From Stegostoma tigrinum (lineage: Eukaryota), in assembly GCF_030684315.1 (NCBI RefSeq), contig NC_081355.1:57707909-57771908 (forward strand): DNA of 64,000 bases. The letters are read 5' to 3'. Shown piece after piece: positions 40,831 to 54,974 of the stretch. Position 1 is the first letter of the stretch. Each line of letters starts with the position of its first letter. The notes under the pieces are model-generated. The model searched no databases and was not told where the DNA came from. It worked only from the letters and a program-made list of their open reading frames with translations. The position numbers and the translations under genes were made by a program.

Positions 40831-43800
40831 TTACCAAACAAGATCATTTCTGTTTTCCCTGTAGTAGCACAGCTTTCCCACTAGATGTCTGCAGAGATGC
40901 TTGAAGATTTTCAAGAATATCATTTTTCTCAGTCGTCTCCAAAAATTGCAGAGGATTTGGCTCTGATTTGGATTTATCTAGGTTAACAGCTTCTACGTAC
41001 AGAACGCAATCATGCAGCAAAAAAGACACAAACGTTCCTGTCACAAGACATATACTTACGCACTTAACGCAAATGGATCATTCTGTTACAATGAGTGTGT
41101 TTAAATAACAAGGTAAAGCATTAAAGACGCCTCCGGTTAATCTTCAAGCTGTTCGAGCCAAGGACACAGAGGCGGTAACCGCATTAATTTGCAAGATACA
41201 AAGGGTGATCCAAGATCAGAAGTGCTAACTTGCATTGAATTCCAGATGCACATTTGCCTTTGAACAGAATTGTGCAGTTCACCTAACGTGGGTATAACCG
41301 TCTATGTTGGAGCAGTGTAAATGAAATATGGTTGGACAAATAGATCTGATCCAGCTAATTCAGCACTGAGACATGGGAGGTTTGAGATTTATTGGTCGTT
41401 ACAATGGGCAGTGCACCTCGGCTTTCAACAGATACTTACATTAGACTTTTGAACAAATATTTAGTCTCTAAGTCATAAAGTGCTTCGTGCCGACTGAATG
41501 TGGTGTCCTTGGCTTCCAAAACTAGTTCACACTTGCTTAGTTATTCCCTCTCCTTGCTGTGCTTTTCATTAACATTGTCTGTTCGGCTGCCCCAGTGAGT
41601 CCGTCTCTTCAAACCAATCCCCAATCTTTCAGTAGCGCGTTTATGTGAGATTGTGGACCTGGCGCTAATTTCCATTCCGGCCTTCAGCTCTGTTTCCGTT
41701 GAACTGCGGTGAAAAAGCACAACCATCGCCCACTGTGTGTGACTACAGCGTGATTTAATTCAGCCTTCAGGCTTCGTTTTAATTAATCTTAGTAAAGCAA
41801 ATCATTGCCGAAGTTTTCAAGGAGAGGCATTGGGCTAATTAACAATTCCTGTCAGCAACAACTAGGGCTTGAATACATGCTTACAGAATTTATTCACGAT
41901 TAGTGCTGCTGCTTTGCAAGTTTTGGAAATTCGGAGACAATTTGAAAGATTATTTTGCCGTAATTTAGATAAGCGCCTTGAACTATTTATTTTTTTTTCT
42001 TGACGACATATTTTTGTTTGATCAAAACAGTGATGTCCTGTGTATATTATGTATTATTAAATGCATTGTACATTTGAAATTATGTGTAGCAGTGAGAAGG
42101 GGAAACAATCCACGCTGAATTGAAATAGGGATCAGTACCGGCGGGACAGATTGCAGTTTTTGCTACCGTTGGTTTCCGATTGCATCTGATCACGCTTTGC
42201 AAATTCAGATGCCGTCAACTTTTTGTGAGACGATGGGGAATGGCTCTGTCGAATAGAAATTCGAAACATATCGGCGAAAACATGGATGCACGGCCAAACA
42301 TCCTTGCAAATGATTGGCTGCAAAGCAATCGACCATGTCCGGAAGGTGTTTTACTGCCGCTCAGTGTGTCATGAACAATTAAGAGCAAGGTATCCAATGC
42401 TGCGATTATTGATCCGTTCATCATCGCTGATACCTCTTTACAGTCAGTAGTGAGGCACAACACTCCTACATTCTCGCCACATTTGACGTGTTGCTCCTTA
42501 CCAATTCTAATTCGTCAGTGTTTTCTCTGCTCACAAGTAAGTTGCAACAAGATGTGGGCTGGTCACTGAATGATCATTTCATGCATTTATTTGAATAGCT
42601 TATATGCGTTGCATTCACATTTCCGAGAACTTATTAATGCCATCATTTCAGGTTACGCTCGTAAAATCTTAAAACGAATGGAATTTTCAGTTCAAACGTG
42701 TGGTTACTTCCACATTGCCATGCACCCCAGGAAGTCAAAAATTTCTTGAGTGACTGTGTTACCATTACAGGCTATAAAAACAAAGCACTAAAAGCTATGA
42801 ATCATTGTGCAGATTAATGTCAGTATTAGAGTAAATGAAACAGGAGCATTTGAATTTTGTATTCAATCATTGTGGAAATATTAAAGTTATATATTAATTA
42901 GTGATACTTGTTAAATAGTCACACACCGCGGTGTCCTATTGACTTCGCTATATTCACTGTAAAAGAAATCCACTTATACCAAGTGGAAGCACATATTTCC
43001 ATTTGTTAGAAATCTCATTTATATCCTGAACTTTATGTCTTTATAAAAATGCCACTATGTGAAACACCGATCCTTAATAACAGTTTTCAGTTGACTGAAT
43101 AATGGTTATCATTAAAATTACCTTTTTGACAATTCAGCAGTCTACCTGGTAGATTTTGCGAGCCATGCAAATTTGAATACGCATACTTTAATTGATTTAG
43201 ACAGAGATGAAAGTCTGTTTTTAAAATAAAAATCATTTCCTTTAACAATGAAGAATTTTAGGCACTTAAATCATTTCCATGCGCATCTTGTCGGAGAATT
43301 ATAACAAATTATTTTATTTGGAACTTGCATTAATGCCTGGACACCTCTTAAATTGAACTGCAGCCCAAAAATGTCGTCGATCAATTCAGAACCGACCTTG
43401 GGACTGTTCGCAGTCCCCTGAAATTCTAATTTAGGATTTTAGAGGTGAAATTAAATAGCCTCAATTGAAGTTGGTTCCTTTAAGAGAACAGACAGCGCAT
43501 TACACACTTTGATCTTCATTTGCTGAATATGTTACCTGGATTATTGAAGGGATTCCACTTCAGAAAATAATAACAATTAGGAATGTGTCAATATGATGCT
43601 CATTTCCAATAACCTTACAGTGATAACTCGCAATTCCGCCAATATAAAAAGCCTTAAGTTTAACGTGTTCGTTTGTATTATAGCCTGTGCAATAACTCCA
43701 AAATATACATATGCAACTGACTGTGATGACGATAAAGGCAACTTCTCTGATGAAAACGGTTTAGGTGGCATAAGGAAACAGTGTAAAAACGGGGCAACTG

Positions 43801-44589
43801 GGGTTGGTTTTCCTGATTATTCAGTAACTCAGATTAACAGTAGAGGGAGCACAAAGACAGGGAGTGACACCGGAGCTCCGCGGGCGACCAACCGGTGCAT
43901 CAAGAACCGAAATGGAGAGAGAGCTACGTTATACTTCTAAAAAGATACAGTCAAGCGGTGGAGAATGTGTGCCTGTCTGTTTCTTAGTTCTGTGGTAGTA
44001 TGCTCTTATTTTAGCCTCCGAACTGTTTGAACTACTTTGTAAACGTTACTTTTTAAGCCTCTCTTTCAGAACTATTTCCATGTTGTACAGAGCACTATAA
44101 TTCAGTACGCAGGACATGATAATGGAAGCGTATGTTATAGTTTCATCATTACATGCTAAGCCTCTCTCCTGTAAAATGATTTATAGAAAGCATACTAACA
44201 GCAGTGGCAAAATCGGATTGAGAAAAGATGGCCATTTTCGATTGGTGGGGAATGATCTTTATGGTGTATATGTTTCTTTCAGTCACGAAGATCATTACAT
44301 TAGGATGAACTCTGAAGACACCAAGGCGTTTTAATCGCACTCATTTCACTGTTTATCTGTCAGCTGCTGATACGACAGGGAACTAATTAAGGGTGGACAA
44401 TTAGAATCCCCCAGAGGTAAGCAGCTCAAATCCATTCTGTGTCACATCAGAGTGTTAGGGAACCGGGAAATTGGTTCTCAGCCAATCTCAGAAACAGCTC
44501 TGGCAAGAGGGCCAGCTAAGGGGTACTCATTCAGCCAATCTTATACTCGGATATCCTTAACAGTTTGTTTTTCTATTCGACTTTTAACA

Positions 44590-45130
44590 CAGGAAAACAT
44601 CCCAAGTACTCCATTGTGAGCCATCAAATAGCAGAGCCGGGCGAAAAGTCGGAATCAAAGCCTCGGTGGAATGGGTCATTTTAAAGTAGCATCTCAAAAG
44701 AGGAGAGACGTGGAAGAGCGGAGAGGAGGCAAGGTTGAGCAATGACATTTCAGAGCTTCGGGTCCAGACTAGTGAAGGCACAGCCATTTGGGAGGGATAG
44801 CAATGTGAGGTAGCATGCAAAGTCAGAGTTGAAAAGACACAGGGTTCTCAAAGAGCGAAGGGCGAGAGGAGGTAGCAGAGAAGACAGATGAGGCCAGAGA
44901 GGAGTTTGAACATAAGGGCTGAAGATTTTAATTTGGAGACATGACATGAATAATCTGGACCAGTGAGCACAGGAATGACGAATGGACAAGACTTAGGGTG
45001 AGCAACATAGGGGCACAAAAGAATTTTAAATGAGCTCAAGATTTTGTCTTTTGGTGGGGGGCAGAGGAAGGTGGTATCAGTTGGAAGGCACTCCACCAGA
45101 AGTTGAAAGACATGTGAGGACCACATGACA
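44590..45130 (-). mobile_element. old L2-like LINE 3' fragment
   Basis: Decayed sequence resembling L2 3' ends (GGCTGTGCCTTCA ... TTGGGATGTT on minus); recognised by eye only. Confidence 0.45.
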
Positions 45131-45370
45131 GATGCAATGACAATTTGCTAAGCTTGTATTTCAAAGACTACAGCCCCAATGTAGTGATATCTTCAAACTG
45201 ATATGTTTGGCAATGTGATGATATCTGGCTAACACTGCCAATTGCTCTGAAGTTTGCATGCAATATATATACGATTTTATACAGGAGAGACTTTTGGTTC
45301 CTTCATCCACAAATAGCTTGGGTATCTTTAATACATCATGCTGAAAGTATATTTTGAAACTAAAGCAAAA

Positions 45371-45667
45371 CATAGAATAGAACCCCTATAGTGTGGGCAT
45401 GGGCCCTTCAGCCCAACAAGTCCACACTGACCGTCAGAGCATCTCACCCAGATCCATCCCTCTATAATCCACACTTCCCTGAACACTACAGGCGATTAAC
45501 ACAGCCAATCCACCTAGCCCACAGATCTTTGGACTGTGGGAGGAAGCTCATGCAGACCTGGAGAGAATGTGCAAACTCCACAGAGGTATTCACCACAGGT
45601 TGGAGTTGAACCTGGGTCTCTGGCACTGTGAGGCAGCAGCTCTAACCACTGAGCCATCATGCCACCA
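45371..45667 (-). mobile_element. tRNA-derived V-SINE (HE1-like)
   Basis: Head with A box TGGCTCAGTGG and B box GGTTCAACTCC; V-domain-like GTGGAGTTTGCACATTCTC...ACAGTCCAAAGAT; CR1-type TTCTATTCTATG tail. Confidence 0.8.
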
Positions 45668-45677
45668 TTTCTGCGAC

Positions 45678-45890
45678 AATCTCAGCAGGTCTGGTAGCAT
45701 CTGTGGAGAGAGAAACAAAGTTAACATTTCAGGTCTCGGGACCTGAAGAAGAGTCTTTTGAAGAAGTGTCTCTACACTTGAAAAATAAACTTTGTCTTCT
45801 TTCTCCTCAGATGATGCAAGACCTGCTGAGTTTTCCAGCAATTTTTGATTTTGTTTCAGATTTTCAACACCCACAGTTTTGTTTTGTTTT
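45678..45890. mobile_element. palindromic Penelope-terminus-derived repeat
   Basis: CTCAGCAGGTCTGGTAGCATCTG...AAAGTT arm is inverted to AACTTT...CAGATGATGCAAGACCTGCTGAG; same family as 58475..58697. Confidence 0.7.
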
Positions 45891-46959
45891 TCTTGAAAGC
45901 ATATTTTGCCTGGAACAAACATTCCAAGGGAGCCCAGTGCAGTCAAGTGCGAGACCAGAACCTGGTTACTGAACCCTGCTGGTATTTCTGCCTTCCTGTG
46001 CATACTAAAATTTTATCATATTCTTGTAACATAACTGTATAAATTCCACCTTTGGTATATGCAGACCACTTAACTGATGCTCAGCTAATCATATTCACGC
46101 GATCCAGGAACAGTACAATTGGACCAGATGCAGGTATACACAAACAATCTAATGGACAAAGTTTTGGAAGACCATTTGGGAGCCTTCCAACTCGATGCCC
46201 AAGTAATGTCCCGTAAAATAATACCAGGACTCTAGTTAATGGATCACTGGTGTGATTTCTTTCATGCAGCAGAAGAATATAGAAGCTCCAATTCTAATCC
46301 CTGGTTAATCTCATTTGTAAGATCCTGAAAGCAAATCTTGACAAATTGCATTCCATTATTTCAGACCTTTGATATTTTCAGATTGCATGGAACTAGAGAA
46401 CTAATTGCCACCCAATGTGTCAAGCACATAATGTTAAAGTATTGAAGGATGATGTAACTAGTACTCATTTAATGGCATCAATGCTGGTTTCAAACAGTCA
46501 GATACTTAAGACTTAATTAATCTTGTACAATACTAATTGGTTAAAAATTGGATGATCACATAGGTATTATCTAACAAATCAAATGCATTCTTTTAAAGGG
46601 GAAAGCAGCAGGTTCCAATTCCAACAAATTTCATCCACAGCATACAGAGAATGTTTTAGAAATCTAAGATCCATCCAATCTGACAAAATTAATACTAGGA
46701 AACTATTGTAGGTTCAGTGATCAGCCAGATGAGGGGACACAAGAGGTTTGGTTTTAAATAAATTTAGTGAATTGACTGAAGGAGGGCTTGGGGTAGGGTG
46801 GGACTGGTGATCATTACTTAGGAATCCAGGGCAAATCAAATAATGTCCCAGATCTTTGTGGTTCACCTCAAAAGATTTCAGTTTAATGACATATTCAAAA
46901 GATGATTACTTGCTCAAATTAATAGATTTTTTTAAAGGCACAGCCTTCTGACTCAAGGC

Positions 46960-48245
46960 TATCCAGCAGCACCTGCTCAGCAATAACCTGCTCAGTGATG
47001 CCCAGTTTGGGTTCCACCAGGGCCACTCAGCTCCTGACCTCATTACAGCTTTGGTTCAAACATGGACAAAAGAGCTGAATTCCAGAAGTGAGGTGAGCGT
47101 GACAACCCTTGGCATCAAGGCTGCGTTCGACCAGGTGCGGCATCAAGGAGCCCGATGAGTGTCTAGGGGCAAACTCTCCAGTGGTTGGGTTCATACCTGA
47201 CACTTAGGAAGATGGGTGTGGTTGTTGGAAGTCAATCATCTCAGCTCCAGGACATCTCTGCAAAAGCTCATAGGGTAGTGTCCTCTGCCCAAACATCTTC
47301 AGCTGCTTTATGATCTTCCCTCCATCATAAAGACAGAAGTGGCGATGTTTGCCAATGGTTGCATAATGTTCAGCACCATTTATGACTCCTCAGATAATGA
47401 AGCAGTCCATATTTAATTGCAACAAGATCTGGACAATATCTAGACTTGGGCTGACAACTGGCAAATGACATTCGTGCCACACAAATGCCAGGCTATGACT
47501 ATCATCAATAAGAGACAATCTAACCACCACCCCTTGACATTCAATGGTGCTACCTTCATTGAATCACACACTATCAACATCCTGGGTGTTATCATTGACC
47601 TGAAACTCAACTGGACTCATCACATAAACACAGTGGCTACAAGAGCAGGTCAGAAGCTAGGAATACTGCAGCGAGTAACTCAAGTCTGCACTCCTCAAAG
47701 CTTGCCTACCATCTACACAACACAAGACTGGAGTTTGATGGAATACTCCCCAATTGCCTGCATGAGTGCAGCCCCAACAACACTCAAGAAGCTTGACACC
47801 ATCAAGGACAAATCAGCCTGCTTGATTGGCGGAACATCTACAAGCATCAATTCTTTCCACCATCAATGTTCAGTAGAAGCAGTGTGTATTATCTACAAGC
47901 TGCACTGCAGAAATTCACCAAAAATCTCAGCTAACACCTTCCAAACCCACAATCACTTTCATCTAGAAGCACAAGGGCATCAAATATATGGGAACACCAC
48001 CACCTCCAATTTCTCCTCCAAGTCACTCACCATTCTGTCTTGGGAATACATCATTGTTCCTTCACTGTCACTGGGTTAAAATCCTGGAATTCCCTCCCTA
48101 ATGGCATTATGGGTCCACCTATAGCAGATGGACTGTGGTGGTTCAAGAAAGCAACTCACCAACGCCTTCTCAAGGGCAACTAGGGATGCGCAAGAATGCT
48201 GGCCAGCCAGTAATGGCCACATCCCACAAATGAATAGAAAAGAAA
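46960..48245 (+). mobile_element. 5'-truncated CR1/L2-group LINE (decayed RT ORF2 plus 3' tail)
   Basis: NNLLSDAQFGFHQGHSAPDL, AAFDQV, VAMFAN, LQQDLDNI*TWADNWQMTF, ILGVIIDLKLNWTHHI and MEYSPIA motifs with stops and frameshifts; ends ATGAATAGAAA. Confidence 0.9.
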
Positions 48246-49487
48246 AGGGACAAAATGCTAAAGAAAATAACTAATTCAACACTTGGCAGGTGAACAAAGG
48301 GATTTCAGAGTTGATTCCATGCTTGTGCACAATAACATCCACAGGGGTGTAATGCGGGAAATTTTGTGCACTGAGCCTGTGGTTTTTCATTCATTCATTT
48401 TAATAGATGGAAAATCACAGTCTGTGCACCTACAATTTCCTGCACTATGCTTTTTGTGACTGTTGTTTCCTACTGGGACTGCAAAGTCGGCCCTTTAGGG
48501 TCCAGAAGCCATTAAATATTAACTCTCAGATGGAAAAAGAGACATTTACATGTTCAAAGAATTTTGGACCTCACATAAAAAGTATGATACTTAAATGTAA
48601 GAGACAAGGAAAGTGCTACAGGGATTTGATTTGAAATATTGTGCTCAGTTTTGTGTGCTTTTGACAAATTTGGAACACTTTACACACACATTGTTTTCGC
48701 CATTGTTGTTCCTTTTGTGGTACCTGTTAATATTTCAACTGCTACCACTGTCATGTTCTGCTTTTTGAGGCAGAAATTTAATTGATTTTAATAAAGAAAA
48801 GTTTGGTCTGCTCAGCTTCAGAATTTGAGACCTTCTCTGCTTGAGGTGAGGGAAACTCTGATTGTAAGTTCCCTTTCTATTTTGTCATATCATTAATATT
48901 TTATACCTTCACTAATATGCAACTTATCAAGCTGGATTCACTCAAACTAAAACTGAGCAATGCTATCTTTTTCAGTTTTAAAAGATCTTAAGAGTTTTGC
49001 TTCCCAAGAATGGTTTATACTGTCAAGGAAGAGGATGAAATATTTGCAACAAAATAATACATTTGAACAATAGGGGGATTAAATCAATTTATGGTTCACA
49101 CATGTTTTTGTTTATATTGCGGCACTTAGTAGCAGGTTGTGTCATACTAACCAGCCCAGATTCATAAATTACATTTCTGAGGGGAAAAGGCTAATGCATA
49201 AAAATCTGTAGTCGATATAAGTGAAGACTAAGTGCAATATGTAATATTAATCGGACCAGCATATGAATGTGACTGATGTGCACAGTTATAATGGGGATCA
49301 GGTGTGAATGAAAATTAAACATTATAGTGCATCACAAAGTCAGCTTGAGTTATTGTGCTTTTATTGGTGAGCCTAGTCATGGGCAGTCTAAGGATAATTG
49401 TGGTCAGTAAGATATTTTAAATTTTGGAATGGGAGGGGTGTACATTGTGGAACAGGTTGCTTGCAAATGCTTTGTGGTATTGATTAG

Positions 49488-49735
49488 ATTACACAGTGTG
49501 CAAACAGACTATTCTCCTATGGTCCAAACTAGTATTTATACTCCATATGAGTTTTCTCCCAATCCTCTTCATGTAACCCCATTCGTAAGCACTTTTATTC
49601 TATGCTCCTTCCTGCGTCTATTTAGACTTTCCATTAATTGCATCTGTACTATTCATGTCAGTTATTTCTTGTGGTTGCGTGTTCTGCAATCTTTCTACTC
49701 TTTGGTAAAAAAAACTTCTCCTGAAATCCCACCTG
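49488..49735 (-). mobile_element. old CR1 LINE 3' fragment
   Basis: Resembles the CR1 ORF2 end (TQRVVELWN-type, here YQRVERLQN) and 3' UTR. Confidence 0.5.
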
Positions 49736-51799
49736 GAAACACATGGGCCAACAAATTTGTGTTGGTGTATCTTGGTATTTTCCTTCATTGTGTAATTTCC
49801 TCCAACATCTGTTCCCACATGCTGTAGACTTACAACGGAATAATTTGAACTTGGTTACCACTGTCTGCCAGATGATGTTTCATTTTTCTCACTTTGAGAA
49901 ATAATAATAAAATGGAAATGTCAGAAGCAATCCTCCTCGCACCCTCCTAATTCAACCATAATTATTAAACAAAGTACTCAAGAATCATGCCACTCCATCA
50001 CTAAGCCAAAGACTACCTTTCCTGCATGTACTGTTGATTTTTTGGGATATTGTCAGACCAGCTTATTCCTCACATAATACTTGGACGCAAGTATGTATTG
50101 AGAATTCTTGTTGCTTTTTTATAAGTTTATACAAGTTTTGCTTCCATACTGGCCTCCTACCTTTATGGGGATTTATTCCTTCAATGTCCTTTTTTTTAGC
50201 AGCCCTCTATTGTCAGCTGAGATACATAACCACCTTTCAGTGAAAAAGGCCACCATTAGGTCCAATGTCTGTCAGGAGGCCCATTAAACAGTGAACATTC
50301 AATTGGCCTCCAAGTTTTAATGGGGTCTTGCCACATGTTCAGGTAGTTGTGGAAATTATGACATATATTCCTGCTGGGTTCACACTCAGATTTGAAAATC
50401 TACATGAGTTCATATGTGGATGAGGAATGTATATCAGTGCAAAATTAACATAACACATTGCACCCTACATTTTGCAAATGTCAATGCCTTGAGCAGCAGG
50501 AATGTCAAGAAAAAATCAGGAAGATAATTTAGTGTGAGATTGTCCATGTGCCACTTTTCAAGCAGGTTAATTATAGGGAGCTGGGAGTTTTGACACCTTT
50601 GAAATGCATAGCTCCTGATTAAATGGCTAAAATATATAATTAGGATGTTATGTCAAGTTATGAGTTTAGGCCAGGCTTCACCCACAGTCATGTCTCCTAA
50701 AGTGAATATTCTGAGTATTAAACAGGCAAAGCATGTTTAGTACTTCAAAGTGCAAATACTTTTTATTAACTGGAAATGTTTTCCTTTTCTGTATTAACTA
50801 TTTAGTAAAGTTATACTGGTATCTTTGCTACCACTTTATTGCAATCTTTCAATTTTCTGTACTGTGCTTGTAGTTACTATTCGAATTTCCTATAGTGATA
50901 TATAACATTCAAATAGTAAGGGAAGATGGGAATTATTGTATCAAGTTTTATACTTTTCATGATTGAAGTAAGGAAAGATAAGGGAGAACACTTGCATTTA
51001 TATGCCTGCCATAACTGTGGAACCCATGATCATTGGTCATATTATTTATACTGGACACATTTTGAGAAGCCTCACTAATTTTGTTTCATTTCAGACTCAG
51101 AAACTTGTTGTGGCATTGGAGGTCTTGCCTGTGCACGGCATTTTCCAGAGAAGGCCCACACGCAGTCAGGCAGTGGTATGGCCATCGGCAACACTTCTCC
51201 TTGTAATCAAGGCCTTGCAGAAATGGTGTCCAACAAGAGTTCCCAGTCAATCACAGGCTATCCTTGCACCCACTATTACCATAGAGGAAGCCATCACTGC
51301 TGGAGATAAACCCAGCCTCCCAGTCCACAAAGTTCCAGAACATATATAAGTGATTCAGGGGGAAAGTGCAGGTCAAAGGTCATCACAGACCTGCCTGCAG
51401 CTGGGTTACTCCTCGTGGCAGGAAGGGCTGAAGGGGTAAGTGGGAGCTGAGGCCCTTGAGTGGCTTTTCATCGGTCACCACAGGACTTCAATTGGAGACA
51501 GGGCTGACACGTTAAATATGAACTTTCCCACCAGGATTTAATACTTGGGGAAGCAGGAGAGCAATGGGGTTTAGGTCCACCATCTACCTACTGAATTAAA
51601 TGCTCTACTTACCTCCAAACTCACCATCTCCAAGAACAAATGTTTCCAATATCTGCCTGAACAATTCTATCTTCTACAGTTTGACTTATAAATGGCTCTA
51701 TGTGTTAGGATTGCTCTTACAATTGCTGTCAGGAGCATCATGGAATTAGGTTCACGGCTCCAAAATGAGGCATCTTCCCTGTTAAGTCACTCCCCACAA

Positions 51800-52190
51800 G
51801 GGGATGCAGTAAATACTGGTTATGTTACTGAAGTAGCAACCCAGAGGCTTAGAAAATGATTCAGAGTTATAAGTTAAAATCCTTCAACAAATAGAGACTT
51901 TAAGTTCAGTTAAGTAAATAAATCTGAGATAAAATGCTGGCGTCAGTAATAGTGACTAATTCATTATTGGTTAATTGTAAAATCTCGTCTGGTTAACTAA
52001 TATTCTTTAGGGAAGTAAATCTATTTTCCCAACTTGATCTGTCCTCTCAGTGAGTCCAGATCTACAGAATCTGAATGTTTTTTTTATTGCCCCCTTTAAC
52101 AGATCAGTAAACCAATCAGATGTCTGAATGACAAATAAGGATCAGCAATAATTAATGCCTGGCCAATGATAATTTCAACCTGTGGAAGTT
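51800..52190 (+). mobile_element. decayed tRNA-derived SINE related to 54153..54487
   Basis: Shares AATCTGGAAT, CTAATRYCCTTYAGGGAAG and GACTCCAGA-like blocks with the 54 kb copy. Confidence 0.55.
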
Positions 52191-52259
52191 TTTTTTAAAA
52201 TTGCAAATGATCTCTTTCGCAATCTAAACATCAATAAATAGAAAAGACGAAATGCTTTG

Positions 52260-52560
52260 AAAAGAAAAAGACTTGATTTGCATGGTACCTCTCAGGTAGG
52301 ATGCGCCAAAGCACTTTCCAGCAAATTAAGTGCTTCTGAGTGGAGTCATTAACATAATGTGGGAAACAATATTATTTGATTTGTATTCAGTATGGTTCAC
52401 TACAGCCATGAAATAATAACCAGGAAAACTGCTTCAGCAATAGCCAAGGGATAAATGTTGGCCAGACTAAAGGAGAAAACTCTCCCACTCTTCAAAGAAA
52501 CAGGCCAAGGGACCATTATTACCCACCTGACAAGATCTAGAATTTCTCCTCCGAACAAGC
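52260..52560 (-). mobile_element. decayed Deu-type SINE with L2-like tail
   Basis: GGGATAAATGTTGGCCAG...AACTCTCC...CTCTTC...GCCAAGGGA...ACCCACCTGA block resembles DeuSINE bodies; by-eye call. Confidence 0.45.
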
Positions 52561-54152
52561 TTGAAAATGTTCAAGACGTTAAAATTAGCTATCACAACCC
52601 CTCATAATAACTCTATGTACAACAGGAGCACATTGTATCATTTACTGGCATTTATATAAAAAGCACATTCTGCACATCAGAGACTATTGTCCAGGAAACA
52701 AAATGACACTTCTCATATGTGACAGAGCATTGTTCCAGTAGTTTTGAAAGAAGGAGGTGCACATGGTGGATGACTGTGAGGAAATCAGGGCGAGCCTGAA
52801 TATCAGTAGTACTGCTTCATTGACAAGCTGTCTAAGAGAACAGGAATGGAAGTCTAAACATCTATATCTCTCCCACAGCTGACAATTTTACCAACAAGAT
52901 AAGTGTTTTGTCCTACGTACAAAATGATTTGCACTTACAATGCAGGAAATGATGCTTTCATGAAAATTTGGGTAATCTTAACTATGGTTAATGTCACACT
53001 AGATGGATCAAATAAAAGAATGCGTCCTCCAGTGAAGTGTATACTTATTCACTCTTTTATCAACAGATCTATTGTTAATTTTCAGCCAGGTAGGAAGGAC
53101 CTGGATTGCTGCCTTCACTCAGTCTGTGATTTCTCAACATGTAGCTTTCACTTTTGCTTTTACTGGAGCATGGCTTCAGTTCTAAGTCTGAGCCCTTTGA
53201 TGCATTTTCAGCCAAACAAGCTGCAACCCTGCCACATCAAAGGGAACAATCCTGTCCAGATGTCTCCACTATGCCATTGTGAGCAATTAGCTCACTTTTC
53301 TGCCATTTCTACAAGCTAGCTTTTAATGGTAATTTGGAACTCTTTAAAAGCTGTTACCTGGGTAGATTTTACACTTTTAAGCCACATCTATCAGCAGACA
53401 GATTCTCTTTACACGTGTCTTTGCCTATTCAAATTAGGAGAAGGGAATCCCAGCGTAAAATTCTGGCGACCATGGATCTGCACAACTCTTTTGCTTCAGA
53501 AAATCATCTTTTTTAAATTAAAAATATTTTTAAAGTTAATTTGTAACTTTTGACACCAAAAATTTAAAGTAGGCACATGCAGGAACCTTAAGCATTCTCT
53601 AAACTACAAACAGTTAATTATTCTGTGCACATTCACCTCCACAAATGTAATTTGTTCAGTTTTTCTCACTACATGTATCATTATATCTCTACAGTCAATC
53701 ACATAATGGATAATTTTAACATTTCATTATTAAAGTATGCCTTCAGTCACCTGCTACCTATTCTTTCAATCAACAAAGGAAAAGAGCACATTTCCTTTTT
53801 GTTGCAAAGGTTGAGACCATTTGTTCAAATGCCCATGCTACTTTCTATATTTCTTCAACTATCAAGCCAAACTTCACCTAAATTCTCCCTTCATCAGCCG
53901 TGAACCTGCAAATTCTCTGAGTTATCCCCTATCTTCTCTCTTGCCATCCCTGAGCATACACAAACTGTCTTCAGTCTTTGACTTGTTTGACAACCTTCAA
54001 TATCCAACTTCAAATCTTCTAATGGACTGTCATTGCCTTGATTACCTTTCTAGCTCTTGAGTCGATTCAAGAGAATTACCTGCAACGGGTTTCGTCCCTA
54101 TTCCTGCATTGGTACCGGGAGTCCACATTTAACCGTTTTCTATTTCTGATAT

Positions 54153-54487
54153 TGGGAGGTGATGCTCTAGTGGTATTATTGTGACATTGCTAATCCAGAG
54201 ATCCAGGTAATGTTCTGGGGAAGGAGCCTCAAATCCTGCCATGTCAGATAGTGAAATTTGAATTCAATAAAAATCTGGAATTAGAAGACTAATAATGACC
54301 AATTATTGATTGTCAGGAACAATTCATGTGGGTCACTAATGCCCTCGAGGGAAGAAGACTGCTATCCTTACCTAGTCTGGCTTACATATGACTCCAGAAC
54401 TACAGCTATGTGGTTCACTCTGTCCTTGGGGCAATAAATGCTGATCTAACCAGTAATACCCATATTCCATGAATGAATATAAAGAAA
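54153..54487 (+). mobile_element. tRNA-derived SINE with a 3' tail shared with the 47-48 kb LINE
   Basis: Degenerate A/B-box head. Tail GGGCAATAAATGCTG...CCAGTAAT...CCATATTCCATGAATGAATA matches the LINE tail at 48181..48240. Confidence 0.7.
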
Positions 54488-54974
54488 AGTCCACCCACTG
54501 CCCTCCGGTGATGTCATCTGAAAACACAATGTTTTATGACACTCAACTGTACTTCTCCATCAGTGCTTTCAATTGCTCTACGGTCTTTGACTTTTTGCAC
54601 TAGTTGATTGATATCCAGTATTGGGTGAGCAGAAATTCCCTCTAATTTAGTTTGTAGAAGATCAAAACTATTGACTTTGGTCCCTCTCACAAATTCTGTG
54701 GCATCATTGATGACTCCATCCATCTACTTAGAAAGTGGCTAATCGGTACCAGACTCCTCATAATCATGGTGTCCTTTTTTACATCAAGTTGAGATTCTTA
54801 TCTGATATCTTCCCCATTACCATCTGTAACCATGCCTATTGCTGACATGATTCAGTTAATTCTCTCCATTTCTTTCTTATAACCTCCAGATTAGTCCATT
54901 AAAATGTTATCCTGTGTAGCTCTTAACTTACACTTTCATTTAAATTGATCCCATTCACAACTGCTGTCCATATC

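Noticed and set aside
45600-45667. tRNA gene suggested by A and B boxes (also 60060-60125)
   Set aside because: These are SINE heads followed by SINE body sequence; no complete cloverleaf seen.
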